From the NCBI GenBank assembly GCA_030530485.1, contig JAUMUX010000003.1, forward strand, positions 13,685-77,684: 64,000 bases of DNA, written 5' to 3'. The notes below the pieces were generated by a model. That model worked only from the letters and a program-made list of their open reading frames with translations. It had not been told where the DNA came from and searched no databases. The first letter of the stretch is position 1; each line of letters opens with the position of its first letter. The position numbers and the translations under genes are program-made. The stretch is from a bacterium. GTDB lineage: Bacteria; Patescibacteriota; Saccharimonadia; Saccharimonadales; Saccharimonadaceae. Below, piece after piece: positions 30,257-39,736 of the stretch.

Positions 30257-30631
30257 CTAAAAATATTGCGTTACAATTTGATTGATTTTCGCTCGAACGT
30301 CCATCGCCGACTGCCCGCTAATTGTAAAATAATAGAAATTTCCGTCCATCATTTCGATTTCAATACGGCAGGCTTTTTGTTGCCAGTTTTTTGGGCGCGC
30401 AAAAGCCAACATACCAAAAAATACCAAGCGCCAAAAACCAGGCTGATAAACTTCGTTTGTGGTGTCAGTGAAATTTAGCGATTCGATTTCTTGAGCTGGC
30501 AAAATCAGTTCCAGCGGGCGAGATAGCGAGAAATCTTCATAAAATTTCACGCCGTCCAACTCAAAAACCAAACTACCCGCGAAGTTTTTATCGCCATTAA
30601 AATTTGCTTGAAATTCGTATTTCTGGTTCAT
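30257..30631 (-). CDS. hypothetical protein
   Basis: 124 aa, no motif. Confidence 0.3.
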   Translation of the reverse strand: MNQKYEFQANFNGDKNFAGSLVFELDGVKFYEDFSLSRPLELILPAQEIESLNFTDTTNEVYQPGFWRLVFFGMLAFARPKNWQQKACRIEIEMMDGNFYYFTISGQSAMDVRAKINQIVTQYF

Positions 30632-30632
30632 T

Positions 30633-32147
30633 TTATAATCTTTCGCGAATTAATTTTTGTGCCAAAGCTGGGTTGGCTTTGCCTTGTGATTTCTTCATAA
30701 TTTGCCCCACCAAAAAGCCAATCGCTTTGTCGTTGCCGTTTCGAATATCCTCAATCGCCTTTTGCGAAGCCGCATCCGCCAAAACTTCATCGACGATTTT
30801 CGCAATCGCGCCCTCATTTGAAACCTGCAGCAAATTACGCTCTTTAGCGATTTCTTCTGGCATTTTTGGCAAATTTTCATCTTCGAAAAGCGCAAGAAAA
30901 ATCTCTTTTCCGCCATTCGAGCTAATTTTATTTTCGTGAACTAAATGTGCCAAAAGCGTCAGCCTTCGCGGACCGACATAGCCTTGATGAACCTTATCAA
31001 GGTCGATTTCTTCAGCGGGAGTTGAAGCAAACCAATTAAACATTCGCTTCATATTTTCTTTATGCTCTTCCAAAGTGTAGTTTTCGATTTCAGCAGCATT
31101 AAAAAGCTCCGATTGCGGACGTTCCCAGCCCTCACCCCAAGTCGCCAAAAGCAACTCGGCAATTCGATAATCGCTCAAAGCGTATTCAATCACCGAATTA
31201 TCCAATTCGAAAACCGCAAAATATTTTCGAAAAACATCTGGCATAATCGAAAATTGCGCTTGCATTTTTGAAATTTCCTCATCGCTCAAAATAATTGGCG
31301 GAATATCTGGGTCGGGCATATAGCGATAATCCTGCGCCTCTTCTTTGCTGCGCTGCGAAACCGTTTTTTGCTCATCGTCGAGCCAGCCACGCGTTTCTTG
31401 CTTGATTTTTTCACCCTTTTCGAGCAGTTTAACTTGGCGTTCGAATTCATATTGCGCCGCGCGTTCGACACTTCGAAAACTGTTCAAATTCTTAATTTCG
31501 GTGCGCGTGCCGAGTTTTTCTTCGCCAAATTTTCGCGCCGAAATATTCACGTCAAAACGCATATTTCCTTGATACAAATCGCCATCAGTCACGCCCGCAA
31601 AGACCATTCGCTTGTGGAGCTCTTCGGCATAAGCACGCGCTTCTTCAGCCGAATGAATATCGGGCATCGAAACAATTTCAATCAAAGGCGTGCCCGCGCG
31701 ATTCAAATCCACCAAAGAATAATCGCCGTGATGCGTTAGTTTTCCCGCGTCTTCTTCTAAGTGAGCGTGCTCGATTCGAACTTTCACTTCGCCGCCGCTT
31801 GGCAGTGGCGCAATAATTTCGCCTTCGCCAATAATCGGGTGATAAAGCTGCGAAGTCTGGTAGCCTTTTGGCAAATCTGGATAAAAATAGTGCTTACGGT
31901 CGAATCGACTCATATTAGCAATTTTCGCATTCAAGGCTTTTCCAGCACGCACCGCCAAACGCACCGCCTCTTTATTCAAAACTGGTAACATTCCAGGCAA
32001 GCCAAAATCAATCGGCGAAGTCGCTTCATTTGGCGATTTTTCGCGCGCGTCGTTATCGCTTCCGCTAAAAAGTTTAGTCTTGGTTTTGAGCTGAACGTGG
32101 CATTCAATTCCAATCGTCATCTCGTATTTTTTCAAAATATCTTCCAT
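30633..32147 (-). CDS. gatB: Asp-tRNA(Asn)/Glu-tRNA(Gln) amidotransferase subunit B
   Basis: 504 aa; conserved GatB N-terminal and YqeY-like C-terminal regions. Confidence 0.9.
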   Translation of the reverse strand: MEDILKKYEMTIGIECHVQLKTKTKLFSGSDNDAREKSPNEATSPIDFGLPGMLPVLNKEAVRLAVRAGKALNAKIANMSRFDRKHYFYPDLPKGYQTSQLYHPIIGEGEIIAPLPSGGEVKVRIEHAHLEEDAGKLTHHGDYSLVDLNRAGTPLIEIVSMPDIHSAEEARAYAEELHKRMVFAGVTDGDLYQGNMRFDVNISARKFGEEKLGTRTEIKNLNSFRSVERAAQYEFERQVKLLEKGEKIKQETRGWLDDEQKTVSQRSKEEAQDYRYMPDPDIPPIILSDEEISKMQAQFSIMPDVFRKYFAVFELDNSVIEYALSDYRIAELLLATWGEGWERPQSELFNAAEIENYTLEEHKENMKRMFNWFASTPAEEIDLDKVHQGYVGPRRLTLLAHLVHENKISSNGGKEIFLALFEDENLPKMPEEIAKERNLLQVSNEGAIAKIVDEVLADAASQKAIEDIRNGNDKAIGFLVGQIMKKSQGKANPALAQKLIRERL

Positions 32148-32560
32148 TAAATCGCTCCTAAATCCTTCAAAGCTTGTTTAAAACTGTTCATCGCACGGCG
32201 TGTTTGGTCGTAATTGATTTCCGCGTCAGGCTCGTGAGCAATTACGTTACGAAGTTTGTGCGCGTGCCAAATCGAATTTGGGCTCGAAAGTTTATCTTTG
32301 GCGTTTTTCAATCGTTCGCCCATTGTTTGCCCCGAAAATTGCAATTCGCGCAAAGCCGTATCCACCAATTTGTCGGCATTAATTAGCGCCAAATGCCAAG
32401 TGGCAGGCTCGTCGCGCTTGATGGAATTTTCAATTTTTAGCCAGCTGCCTTGAAATTTCTCTTTATCCAGTTGAATTTTATGCGGTTTGGTGAGGTTTAT
32501 CGCCACAAAAAGCAAAGCCGCGCAAATCAAAATCGCCAATGAAAGGAAAATTAAATCCAT
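32147..32560 (-). CDS. membrane-anchored hypothetical protein with HEPN-like R-x4-H motif (DUF4145-like), inserted between gatA and gatB
   Basis: 137 aa; N-terminal TM helix; C-terminal HKLRNVIAHE; start and stop each overlap the flanking gat genes by 1 nt. Confidence 0.4.
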   Translation of the reverse strand: MDLIFLSLAILICAALLFVAINLTKPHKIQLDKEKFQGSWLKIENSIKRDEPATWHLALINADKLVDTALRELQFSGQTMGERLKNAKDKLSSPNSIWHAHKLRNVIAHEPDAEINYDQTRRAMNSFKQALKDLGAI

Positions 32561-33960
32561 TATTTTGCCTCCAAGCTATCTGCCAGCGCCAAAATTTTAG
32601 CGTCCGACTCCATTTTACCAATAATTTGCACACCAACTGGTAAACCTTCGCTGGTTTTACCCGCCGGAACGCTCACCGCAGGCAGTCCCGCCATCGAGGC
32701 AGGCACGCTCAAAATATCCGCCATATACATTTTAATTGGGTCGTTAGCATTTTCGCCAATTTTAAAGGCTGGCGTTGGCGCAACTGGACCGACCAAAAAA
32801 TCCACTTTTTCGAAGAGCTTTTCGAATTCTTCAATCAGCAAAGTTCGTGCTTTTTGCGCCTTCAAATAATACGCATCATAAAATCCGCTCGAAAGCACAT
32901 ACGAACCAATCATAATTCGCCGTTTATTTTCTTTTTCGAAACCTTCATCGCGGCTCATACCGTAAATTTCGTCGAGCGATTTGGCATTTTTCGAACGCAA
33001 AGTGTATCGAACGCCGTCATATCGCGCCAAATTCGAAGAAACTTCGGCTGGAATCACGATATAATACATCGCCAGCGCATATTTGCTCATCGGCAAGCTG
33101 ACTTCCTCGATTTGGTGCCCAGCCGCGCGTAGTTTTTCAATATATTCTTCGGTCGCTTTTCGAACTTCGGGCTCTACGCCGTCGCCCATAAATTCTTTCA
33201 CCACGCCAATTTTGGCATTTTTTGGCGCCGATTCTTCTTGCCAGAAATCTGGCAAAGTGTTCATATCTTTTAAATCTCGCCCCGCCATAATGCGCATCAC
33301 CAAGTCACTCTCGCGCGCCGTTTTAGCAAAAACGCCAATCGTATCGGTTGAAGAAGCCATCGCCACCACACCAAAACGCGAAACTGCGCCGTAGCTCGGC
33401 TTAACGCCATAAACGCCATTAAAGCTGGCTGGCTGACGAATCGAACCGCCCGTATCTGTTCCGAGCGCGAAAGGCACCACGTCGAGCGCCGTAATTACTG
33501 CTGAACCACCCGAAGAACCGCCCGCCACACGCGTTTGGTCGATAGCGTTTTTGGTTACGCCAAAAGCTGAATTTTCGGTTGAACCACCGTGTGCGAAAGC
33601 GTCCAAGTTTGCTTTACCGATGCAAATCGCGCCAGCTGCTTCGAGTTTTTCGACCGCCGTCGCCTGAATTGGCGTTTCGAAATTCGAAAGCATTTTCGAA
33701 GCCGCCGTGCTGGGTGCGCCAAAAGTCAAAAAATTATCTTTCACCACATACGGCACGCCAGCCAATTCGCCCACTTCTTCGCCACGCGCAATTTTTTCGT
33801 CAATTTCTTGCGCCCGCGCCAAAGCTCGCTCTTCGGTCAAGCTAATCAAAGCGTTAAAATCCGCCACGTTTTTCGCCTTGGCAATTGCTTCTTTGGCAAA
33901 TTCCACCGCCGATTTTTCGCCATTCAAAATCTGTTTTTTAATTTCAAAAATATTTGTCAT
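32560..33960 (-). CDS. gatA: Glu-tRNA(Gln) amidotransferase subunit A
   Basis: amidase signature GGSSGGSAVITALD, Ser-cisSer-Lys triad context. Confidence 0.9.
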   Translation of the reverse strand: MTNIFEIKKQILNGEKSAVEFAKEAIAKAKNVADFNALISLTEERALARAQEIDEKIARGEEVGELAGVPYVVKDNFLTFGAPSTAASKMLSNFETPIQATAVEKLEAAGAICIGKANLDAFAHGGSTENSAFGVTKNAIDQTRVAGGSSGGSAVITALDVVPFALGTDTGGSIRQPASFNGVYGVKPSYGAVSRFGVVAMASSTDTIGVFAKTARESDLVMRIMAGRDLKDMNTLPDFWQEESAPKNAKIGVVKEFMGDGVEPEVRKATEEYIEKLRAAGHQIEEVSLPMSKYALAMYYIVIPAEVSSNLARYDGVRYTLRSKNAKSLDEIYGMSRDEGFEKENKRRIMIGSYVLSSGFYDAYYLKAQKARTLLIEEFEKLFEKVDFLVGPVAPTPAFKIGENANDPIKMYMADILSVPASMAGLPAVSVPAGKTSEGLPVGVQIIGKMESDAKILALADSLEAK

Positions 33961-33961
33961 T

Positions 33962-34255
33962 TTACAAAACCTTCGGAACTTTCACTTGCCCGTCTTGCAT
34001 ATTTTCGCCCGCAAGCGCCAAAAGCTCCACCTTTCCTACGCCATAATCGTCAATTTCATCTTCGCGCCAAACATTTTGATTTTTCGAAACCGAATAAGTT
34101 GGCTCGACGCCGTCCGTGTTCAGCTCGTCCAGTTGCTCAATATACGCCACAATATTCGCCAAATCGCCCTGAAGGCTCGCCGCTTCATCTTCGCTCAAGC
34201 TAATATTCGAAAGCTTCGCCAAATGTTTGACTTCATCTTTTGATATTTTTTCCAT
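33962..34255 (-). CDS. gatC: Glu-tRNA(Gln) amidotransferase subunit C
   Basis: 97 aa, conserved GatC sequence, directly upstream of gatA. Confidence 0.85.
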   Translation of the reverse strand: MEKISKDEVKHLAKLSNISLSEDEAASLQGDLANIVAYIEQLDELNTDGVEPTYSVSKNQNVWREDEIDDYGVGKVELLALAGENMQDGQVKVPKVL

Positions 34256-34341
34256 GAATTTAGTATATCATTTTATTCACTTTTTTAAAAGGGTGGGCGC
34301 CAAAATAAAAAAGCCCAAAAATTAGGCTTTTGTGTGCGTGG

Positions 34342-34452
34342 TTATAAATTTGAAAATATCGAGGCAATTCCCTTCATCAAAGAGAATGCTACCATAAAAA
34401 TCAAAACGATTACGAGCAAAATCCCCGAAAGGATTTTTTTAAGAACTTCCAT
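34342..34452 (-). CDS. candidate 36-aa hydrophobic micro-protein (MEVLKKILSGILLVIVLIFMVAFSLMKGIASIFSNL)
   Basis: not in the ORF track (under 60 aa); AAGGTGGTGAG RBS 7 nt upstream of ATG; single TM helix; hairpin plus T-run downstream. Confidence 0.3.
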   Translation of the reverse strand: MEVLKKILSGILLVIVLIFMVAFSLMKGIASIFSNL

Positions 34453-34545
34453 TTTCTCACCACCTTAATGTTCGTCTTTTACCTGAAAGAATCTGCTTTT
34501 ATTCTATCATAACGCTTGCGTTTGCGCAAGGCAAAATCGTCAATT

Positions 34546-36525
34546 TTAATTTTTCGCCATTTTCTTTCGAATTTCTGCAATTTGGTCGCGCAAATCTGCC
34601 GCTTCTTCGAAAAGCAAATTCGCGCTGGCGGCGTTCATTTGGTTGATTAAATCTTGCACCAAATTCTCCCAATCTTCGCGCGGAATTTTGCGCAAATCCA
34701 ACTTCTTTTTTTGCTCTTTTTGCGGAATAATCGCGCGCAATCCTTCGCCGATTTCGCTCGCCACGCTTTTTGGCGTAATGCCGTTTTCGAGATTATATTT
34801 TTGCTGAATTTCTCGCCGTCGATTCGTTTCGTCAATCGCCAATTTCATCGAGCGCGTGATATTATCGGCATACATAATCACCTTGCCTTCCTCGTGGCGC
34901 GCCGCGCGACCAATCGTCTGCACTAACGCACTTTCCGAGCGCAAAAATCCTTCTTTATCGGCGTCCATAATCGCCACCAAACTTACTTCGGGCAAATCCA
35001 AACCTTCGCGCAAAAGGTTGATTCCCACCAAAACATCGTAAGTGCCGTTTCGCAAATCGCGCAAAATATCGCCGCGCTCCAGCGTATCGATTTCGCTGTG
35101 AATATACGCCGTTTTAATGCCGCTTTCCTCTAAAAATCCGCTCAAATCTTCTGCCATCCGCTTGGTTAAAGTCGTCACTAAAACGCGCTGTTTTTTCGAA
35201 ATCCGCTTTCGAATTTCTTCCATCAAATCGTCAATTTGACCTTCGATTTTTCGAACTTCGATTTGTGGGTCGAGCAAACCAGTCGGGCGAATCACTTGCT
35301 GGGCAGGCTTTGGCGAATGTTCAAGTTCGAAATCGCCAGGCGTTGCCGAAACGTAAATCGCCTGATTGATATGCTTATAAAATTCTTCGAAAGTGAGCGG
35401 GCGGTTATCGAGCGCCGACGGCAAGCGAAATCCATTATCCACCAAAACCGTTTTGCGCGCGCGGTCGCCATTAAACATTCCGCGCACTTGTGGCAAAGTC
35501 ATATGTGATTCATCAACCAAAAGCAAAAAATCATCTGGAAAATAATCCAGCAAAGTGGCAGGCTGTTCGCCAGGCGCGCGCTCGGTCAAGTAGCGCGTGT
35601 AGTTTTCGATTCCTTTCACGAAGCCCGTTTCGCGGAGCATTTCAAGGTCGTATTTGGTGCGTTGCGCGAGGCGCTGGGCTTCAAGATATTTTTCATTTTT
35701 TTCGAAATATTGGTGGCGAGCGTAAAATTCTTTTTCGATTTGTGGAATCGCGCGTTCGAGAATTTCCTTCGGTGTGGCGTAGTGCGAATTTGGGAAAATA
35801 TCAAAAAACTGTGGCTTTTCAAGAATTTCTCCCGTAAGCGGATCTATCAAAACTAAGCGGTCGATTTCATCACCAAAAAATTCCACTCGCACCGCCAAAT
35901 CTGAACCAGCCGTAAAAATATCCACCGTGTCGCCGCGCGCCCGAAAAGTTCCGCGCGCAAAATCCACATCGTTGCGCTCATATTGAATATCTTTCAAGTG
36001 GCGAATAAATTTCTCGCGATTATAGCGCATACCAGGCTGCAGATGAAGCGCCATTTGCATATAACTCGCGGGCGAACCAATACCATAAATACAGCTCACA
36101 CTGGAAACAATAATTGTATCTTTGCGCGTCAAAAGTGCCTCGGTGGCGGCGTGGCGGAGCTTTTCGATTTCTTCGTTGATTCGCGAATCTTTTTCGATAT
36201 AAGTGTCGGTGCTGGCGATATAAGCTTCTGGCTGATAATAATCAAAATAACTCACAAAATAATGAACTTCATTCTCGGGGAAAAACTTTTTAAATTCGCC
36301 ATAAAGTTGCGCCGCGAGCGTTTTATTATGCGCCAAAATGAGCGTCGGTTTTTGCACCGCCTGAATAATATTCGCCATCGTGAACGTTTTACCAGAGCCC
36401 GTCACGCCGAGCAGAGTTTGTTCGTGCTCGCCGCTTTTCAAGCCTTCCACCAATTGTGAAATCGCTTGCGGCTGGTCGCCCGTTGGCTGATATTTCGATT
36501 TTAACTTAAACCTACGCTCTACCAT
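34546..36525 (-). CDS. uvrB: excinuclease ABC subunit B
   Basis: 659 aa; Walker A GVTGSGKT, beta-hairpin, helicase motifs, C-terminal UVR domain. Confidence 0.9.
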   Translation of the reverse strand: MVERRFKLKSKYQPTGDQPQAISQLVEGLKSGEHEQTLLGVTGSGKTFTMANIIQAVQKPTLILAHNKTLAAQLYGEFKKFFPENEVHYFVSYFDYYQPEAYIASTDTYIEKDSRINEEIEKLRHAATEALLTRKDTIIVSSVSCIYGIGSPASYMQMALHLQPGMRYNREKFIRHLKDIQYERNDVDFARGTFRARGDTVDIFTAGSDLAVRVEFFGDEIDRLVLIDPLTGEILEKPQFFDIFPNSHYATPKEILERAIPQIEKEFYARHQYFEKNEKYLEAQRLAQRTKYDLEMLRETGFVKGIENYTRYLTERAPGEQPATLLDYFPDDFLLLVDESHMTLPQVRGMFNGDRARKTVLVDNGFRLPSALDNRPLTFEEFYKHINQAIYVSATPGDFELEHSPKPAQQVIRPTGLLDPQIEVRKIEGQIDDLMEEIRKRISKKQRVLVTTLTKRMAEDLSGFLEESGIKTAYIHSEIDTLERGDILRDLRNGTYDVLVGINLLREGLDLPEVSLVAIMDADKEGFLRSESALVQTIGRAARHEEGKVIMYADNITRSMKLAIDETNRRREIQQKYNLENGITPKSVASEIGEGLRAIIPQKEQKKKLDLRKIPREDWENLVQDLINQMNAASANLLFEEAADLRDQIAEIRKKMAKN

Positions 36526-36576
36526 TTCTATATTTTACAATATTTTTCGAAAATTAGCAAATTTAGGCTTTCGAAT

Positions 36577-37185
36577 TTAGCCGTTGCCGCTGCGTTTCGA
36601 AGAAAGATGTTCGTCATCAACTGGCGCTTCGAATCCAGCGTATTTTTCATCAAGCCGCGCGCAAACTTTTTGCACTAATCGCTCGGGGTTGTCATCATAA
36701 ATAATATCTTTTGAACCTGGTGCCCAAATATTATCCAGCAAAGTCGGCACGTAATCCGCCAAAGCGCCCGAGCCAAGCAAAACGCCGCAGACTTTTTTCG
36801 CTTCAAGCGCCGTAGCGAGTTCGTGAAGCGAGCCCATTCGCCCGCCAACCGTAATCACCGCATCGCTCGAAAGCACCAAGTGCGTATCGCGCCCAACATA
36901 ATCCATACCCGTAAAATTAATATAATCAAACGGCTTAACTGGCAATTTATAAGTGTTCACGTGCTGACGGAAGCTCGAAGCTGGCGAAAAACCAACGCTC
37001 AAGCCAGTTCGCCCTTTCACACCCACCGCGCCCAGTGCCGCGTAGTGCGGCAAACCAACCGTCGCGCCCGTTGTTAAAGTTTTGCCTTGGCGGGCAATTT
37101 CCTGCCCAAGCCGAAAAGCCAATTCCGCCGAAGCCTGCACGCTTTCGCCACTTGCCGCTCCTGAAACACAAATTTGATATCGCAT
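36577..37185 (-). CDS. LOG-family / TIGR00725-like Rossmann protein (putative nucleotide 5'-monophosphate phosphoribohydrolase)
   Basis: 202 aa; VGGRMGSLHELATAL resembles the LOG PGGxGTxxE motif. Confidence 0.5.
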   Translation of the reverse strand: MRYQICVSGAASGESVQASAELAFRLGQEIARQGKTLTTGATVGLPHYAALGAVGVKGRTGLSVGFSPASSFRQHVNTYKLPVKPFDYINFTGMDYVGRDTHLVLSSDAVITVGGRMGSLHELATALEAKKVCGVLLGSGALADYVPTLLDNIWAPGSKDIIYDDNPERLVQKVCARLDEKYAGFEAPVDDEHLSSKRSGNG

Positions 37186-37197
37186 TTTTCTCCTTTT

Positions 37198-37659
37198 CTA
37201 TTCGAATTTTTGTGAAAGTTTTTTCGAATATTGCTTTATTATTTTCTCTTTAATTTTCACTCGTGCATTTGCTAAATTTCGATTTTCGAAATTCGAATTT
37301 TCCGCCAAATCTTGCGTAATATCTTCGAAATTCGCCGAAACCAATCCATCTTCGCAAACCACCAACGCAGCTTCAAATTGTTGCCAAAAATTATCCTTTT
37401 CAACTAAAATTTGGTCACCCTGCCACTTGTTTCGAAGCGCCGAATAAGCCTCCTGCGCCAAAACATCGCTGTTTTCGAAACCGAGCTGGCGCAAAATTTG
37501 ATGTGAATTTTGGTAAATTTCTGCCGTAATCCGCGCCGAAATCGATTCTCGATGCGGAATTTTCGCCTCAAAGCGCTCCATTGTGCGCCGAAATTTTCGC
37601 TCCGCCGAGCCTTCCAAGCCCAAAAAATCCATCAAACTATACATCAATCCTCTTTTCAT
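37198..37659 (-). CDS. hypothetical protein
   Basis: 153 aa, overlaps PfkB kinase gene by 23 nt, no motif. Confidence 0.3.
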   Translation of the reverse strand: MKRGLMYSLMDFLGLEGSAERKFRRTMERFEAKIPHRESISARITAEIYQNSHQILRQLGFENSDVLAQEAYSALRNKWQGDQILVEKDNFWQQFEAALVVCEDGLVSANFEDITQDLAENSNFENRNLANARVKIKEKIIKQYSKKLSQKFE

Positions 37660-38623
37660 ACATCGGCATTGAGTGTAAATCGAGAATTTGATTTTTGCGC
37701 AAAATTCCTTCCTTCGCGCCGAAATGCTGAATTACCGAAGTCGAATTAGCGCTGGCAAAAAGTAGCGCAGGTTTGAGCGCCGAACCTTGCGCCCACTGGC
37801 TCAAAAATCCAGAACCAAAAGCATCGCCCGCGCCCGTGCGGTCAACCGAAGGCGTATCTTCATACATTCCCGCGCGCACCATTGTGGCACCATCCGTCGC
37901 CCAAACGCCATTCGGCCCATCTGTAATAATCGCCACTTTGACCCGATTTTTAGCTCGCAAAAGCAATTCTTCAGGCTCAAATTCGCCAAATAAAATCTGC
38001 GCTTCTTCTTTATTTACCAAAAGAACATCCACGTCTTCAAGTAAGCTTATCGTTTCTTCGAATTTTGCCAGTTCATTTTTGCCAGGATTCCACATAATTT
38101 TGATGTCGTTAGCGCGCGCTTGGCTAAAAATTTGGTCGAGCGTATCCATTCGCCCAGCAAGATTCGAAACATAAATCCAATCGAATTCGTGCGGCCGAAA
38201 AGCTAAATTATCGGCGAAAATTTGCGTTGAAGCGCCCCGATAAGTCAGGATTGTTCTTTCGCCATTTGGCGCCAAAATAATGGTTGAATAATCGGTTTTG
38301 CGAATTTCGCTGGTTTCGACGCGCGAAGTATCCACAAATTCACGCTCTAAATCCTGCAAAACCTGCTGACCCGCCAAATCATCGCCAATCACGCCGAAAA
38401 AGCTCGCATTCAAACCTTGCCGCGCAAAAGTTACCGCCGCATTGGTTGCGCCGCCGCCAGTTGCGTAGTGAATTTGGTTGACGTCGATTTTCGAACCAAG
38501 CTTGAGGTCGATAAGCTCGTGCGTCGAATCAACTTTTACTGGTCGAAATTCGCGCGAATTTTCGAAAAACACATCTTGCGTTGCGCCGCCAATCGCCAGA
38601 ATTTTGGGAATTTGGGCGCTCAC
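37637..38623 (-). CDS. PfkB-family carbohydrate/nucleoside kinase (ribokinase-like)
   Basis: 328 aa; GG motif N-terminus and DRTGAGDAFGSGFL anion-hole motif. Confidence 0.8.
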   Translation of the reverse strand: MSAQIPKILAIGGATQDVFFENSREFRPVKVDSTHELIDLKLGSKIDVNQIHYATGGGATNAAVTFARQGLNASFFGVIGDDLAGQQVLQDLEREFVDTSRVETSEIRKTDYSTIILAPNGERTILTYRGASTQIFADNLAFRPHEFDWIYVSNLAGRMDTLDQIFSQARANDIKIMWNPGKNELAKFEETISLLEDVDVLLVNKEEAQILFGEFEPEELLLRAKNRVKVAIITDGPNGVWATDGATMVRAGMYEDTPSVDRTGAGDAFGSGFLSQWAQGSALKPALLFASANSTSVIQHFGAKEGILRKNQILDLHSMPMYEKRIDV

Positions 38624-39270
38624 TAAATGGCTCCTTTTCGATTGATTTCTTCAATCATCGCGCGATAGGTGTATTCTGGGTCTTCGCTTTCGGCAATTGC
38701 GCCGCCCACGTTAATCACGTCCACGCCAGATTGCGAAAGATTAAACACATTCGAAAGATTTGCGCCGCCGTCCCAGCCGATTTCGACATTGCTGTTGATA
38801 GCCTTTACTAAACGAATTTTTTCAAGCTGCATCGTGCTGGCTCGACCGCCATATTCGCCCAAATTTCCACTAAAAATCAAAACGTGCTCCGCCTCTTTAA
38901 TCGCTTCGGCGCAAGTTTCTGGCACGGTGGAACGCAACAGCGCAATCGCGGGTTTAATCATCGTTTCTTCTTTGAGCTTCTTAAAAATCGGCGCTAAATC
39001 TTCTTCACATTCAGCATGAAAAATCACCATATTTGGATTCATCTGAATGATTGTCGCAAGGTGTTCGCTGGGGCGCTTCACCATCATATGAATATCCGCT
39101 TTCCATTCCTTTGGCCACCAAACCTGAGTTTCAGGCACGGTTAGATTTGCCGCAAATTCGCCATCGGTTACATCAATATGAACGCGTTCCACAAAGCCGT
39201 GTAAACGACCAATTTGCGCTTCGTATTCTTCAGGAGTTTTTGCTAAAATTGCGGGTGCTATTACTGACAT
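38623..39270 (-). CDS. rpe: ribulose-phosphate 3-epimerase-like (TIM barrel)
   Basis: 215 aa; HIDVTDGEFAAN matches the Rpe HxDxMDGxFVPN metal site. Confidence 0.65.
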   Translation of the reverse strand: MSVIAPAILAKTPEEYEAQIGRLHGFVERVHIDVTDGEFAANLTVPETQVWWPKEWKADIHMMVKRPSEHLATIIQMNPNMVIFHAECEEDLAPIFKKLKEETMIKPAIALLRSTVPETCAEAIKEAEHVLIFSGNLGEYGGRASTMQLEKIRLVKAINSNVEIGWDGGANLSNVFNLSQSGVDVINVGGAIAESEDPEYTYRAMIEEINRKGAI

Positions 39271-39272
39271 TT

Positions 39273-39728
39273 TTATACCTCATCTATCATTTTATTTCTT
39301 CGAATAAAGCGCGGCGCGTTGGCGAAAGGTGTTTCGAGCCAAATTTCGAGCACGTCTTTTAGTTCATTTTCGTTTTCTGGATTTTCGAAAACGCGGGCAG
39401 GCAGGCAAAGCACGTTCGAATCATTGTCGTTGCGCGTCCACTTGGCTTCTTCTGCGTCCCAAACAACCGAAGCGCGAATCCCTTTAAAGCGATTTGCCGC
39501 CATTCCCATACCTTGTGCGCCACCACATAGCAAAATCGCGCGCGGGTCGGAATCTTCAGAAGTTTGAATTTTAGCAACTGCTCGATGGGCAAAAACTGGA
39601 AAATCATCATTTGGGTCATATTCTTCGCCGCTCACATCCTCAAAATCATAGCTATTTTCGCGCAAAAATTCCTCAACTTTTTCTTTCAAGAAAAATCCGC
39701 GATGGTCTGCTCCAATAAAAATCTTCAT
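39273..39728 (-). CDS. rpiB: ribose-5-phosphate isomerase B
   Basis: 151 aa; MKIFIGADHRG, LCGGAQGMGMAANRFKGIRA motifs of RpiB/LacAB family. Confidence 0.85.
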   Translation of the reverse strand: MKIFIGADHRGFFLKEKVEEFLRENSYDFEDVSGEEYDPNDDFPVFAHRAVAKIQTSEDSDPRAILLCGGAQGMGMAANRFKGIRASVVWDAEEAKWTRNDNDSNVLCLPARVFENPENENELKDVLEIWLETPFANAPRFIRRNKMIDEV

Positions 39729-39736
39729 TTCGCCCC

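Noticed and set aside
36600-36640. ttcgaatcc string resembling a tRNA T-arm
   Set aside because: It lies inside the LOG-like CDS, no cloverleaf can be drawn, and the motif is just another TTCGAA copy.
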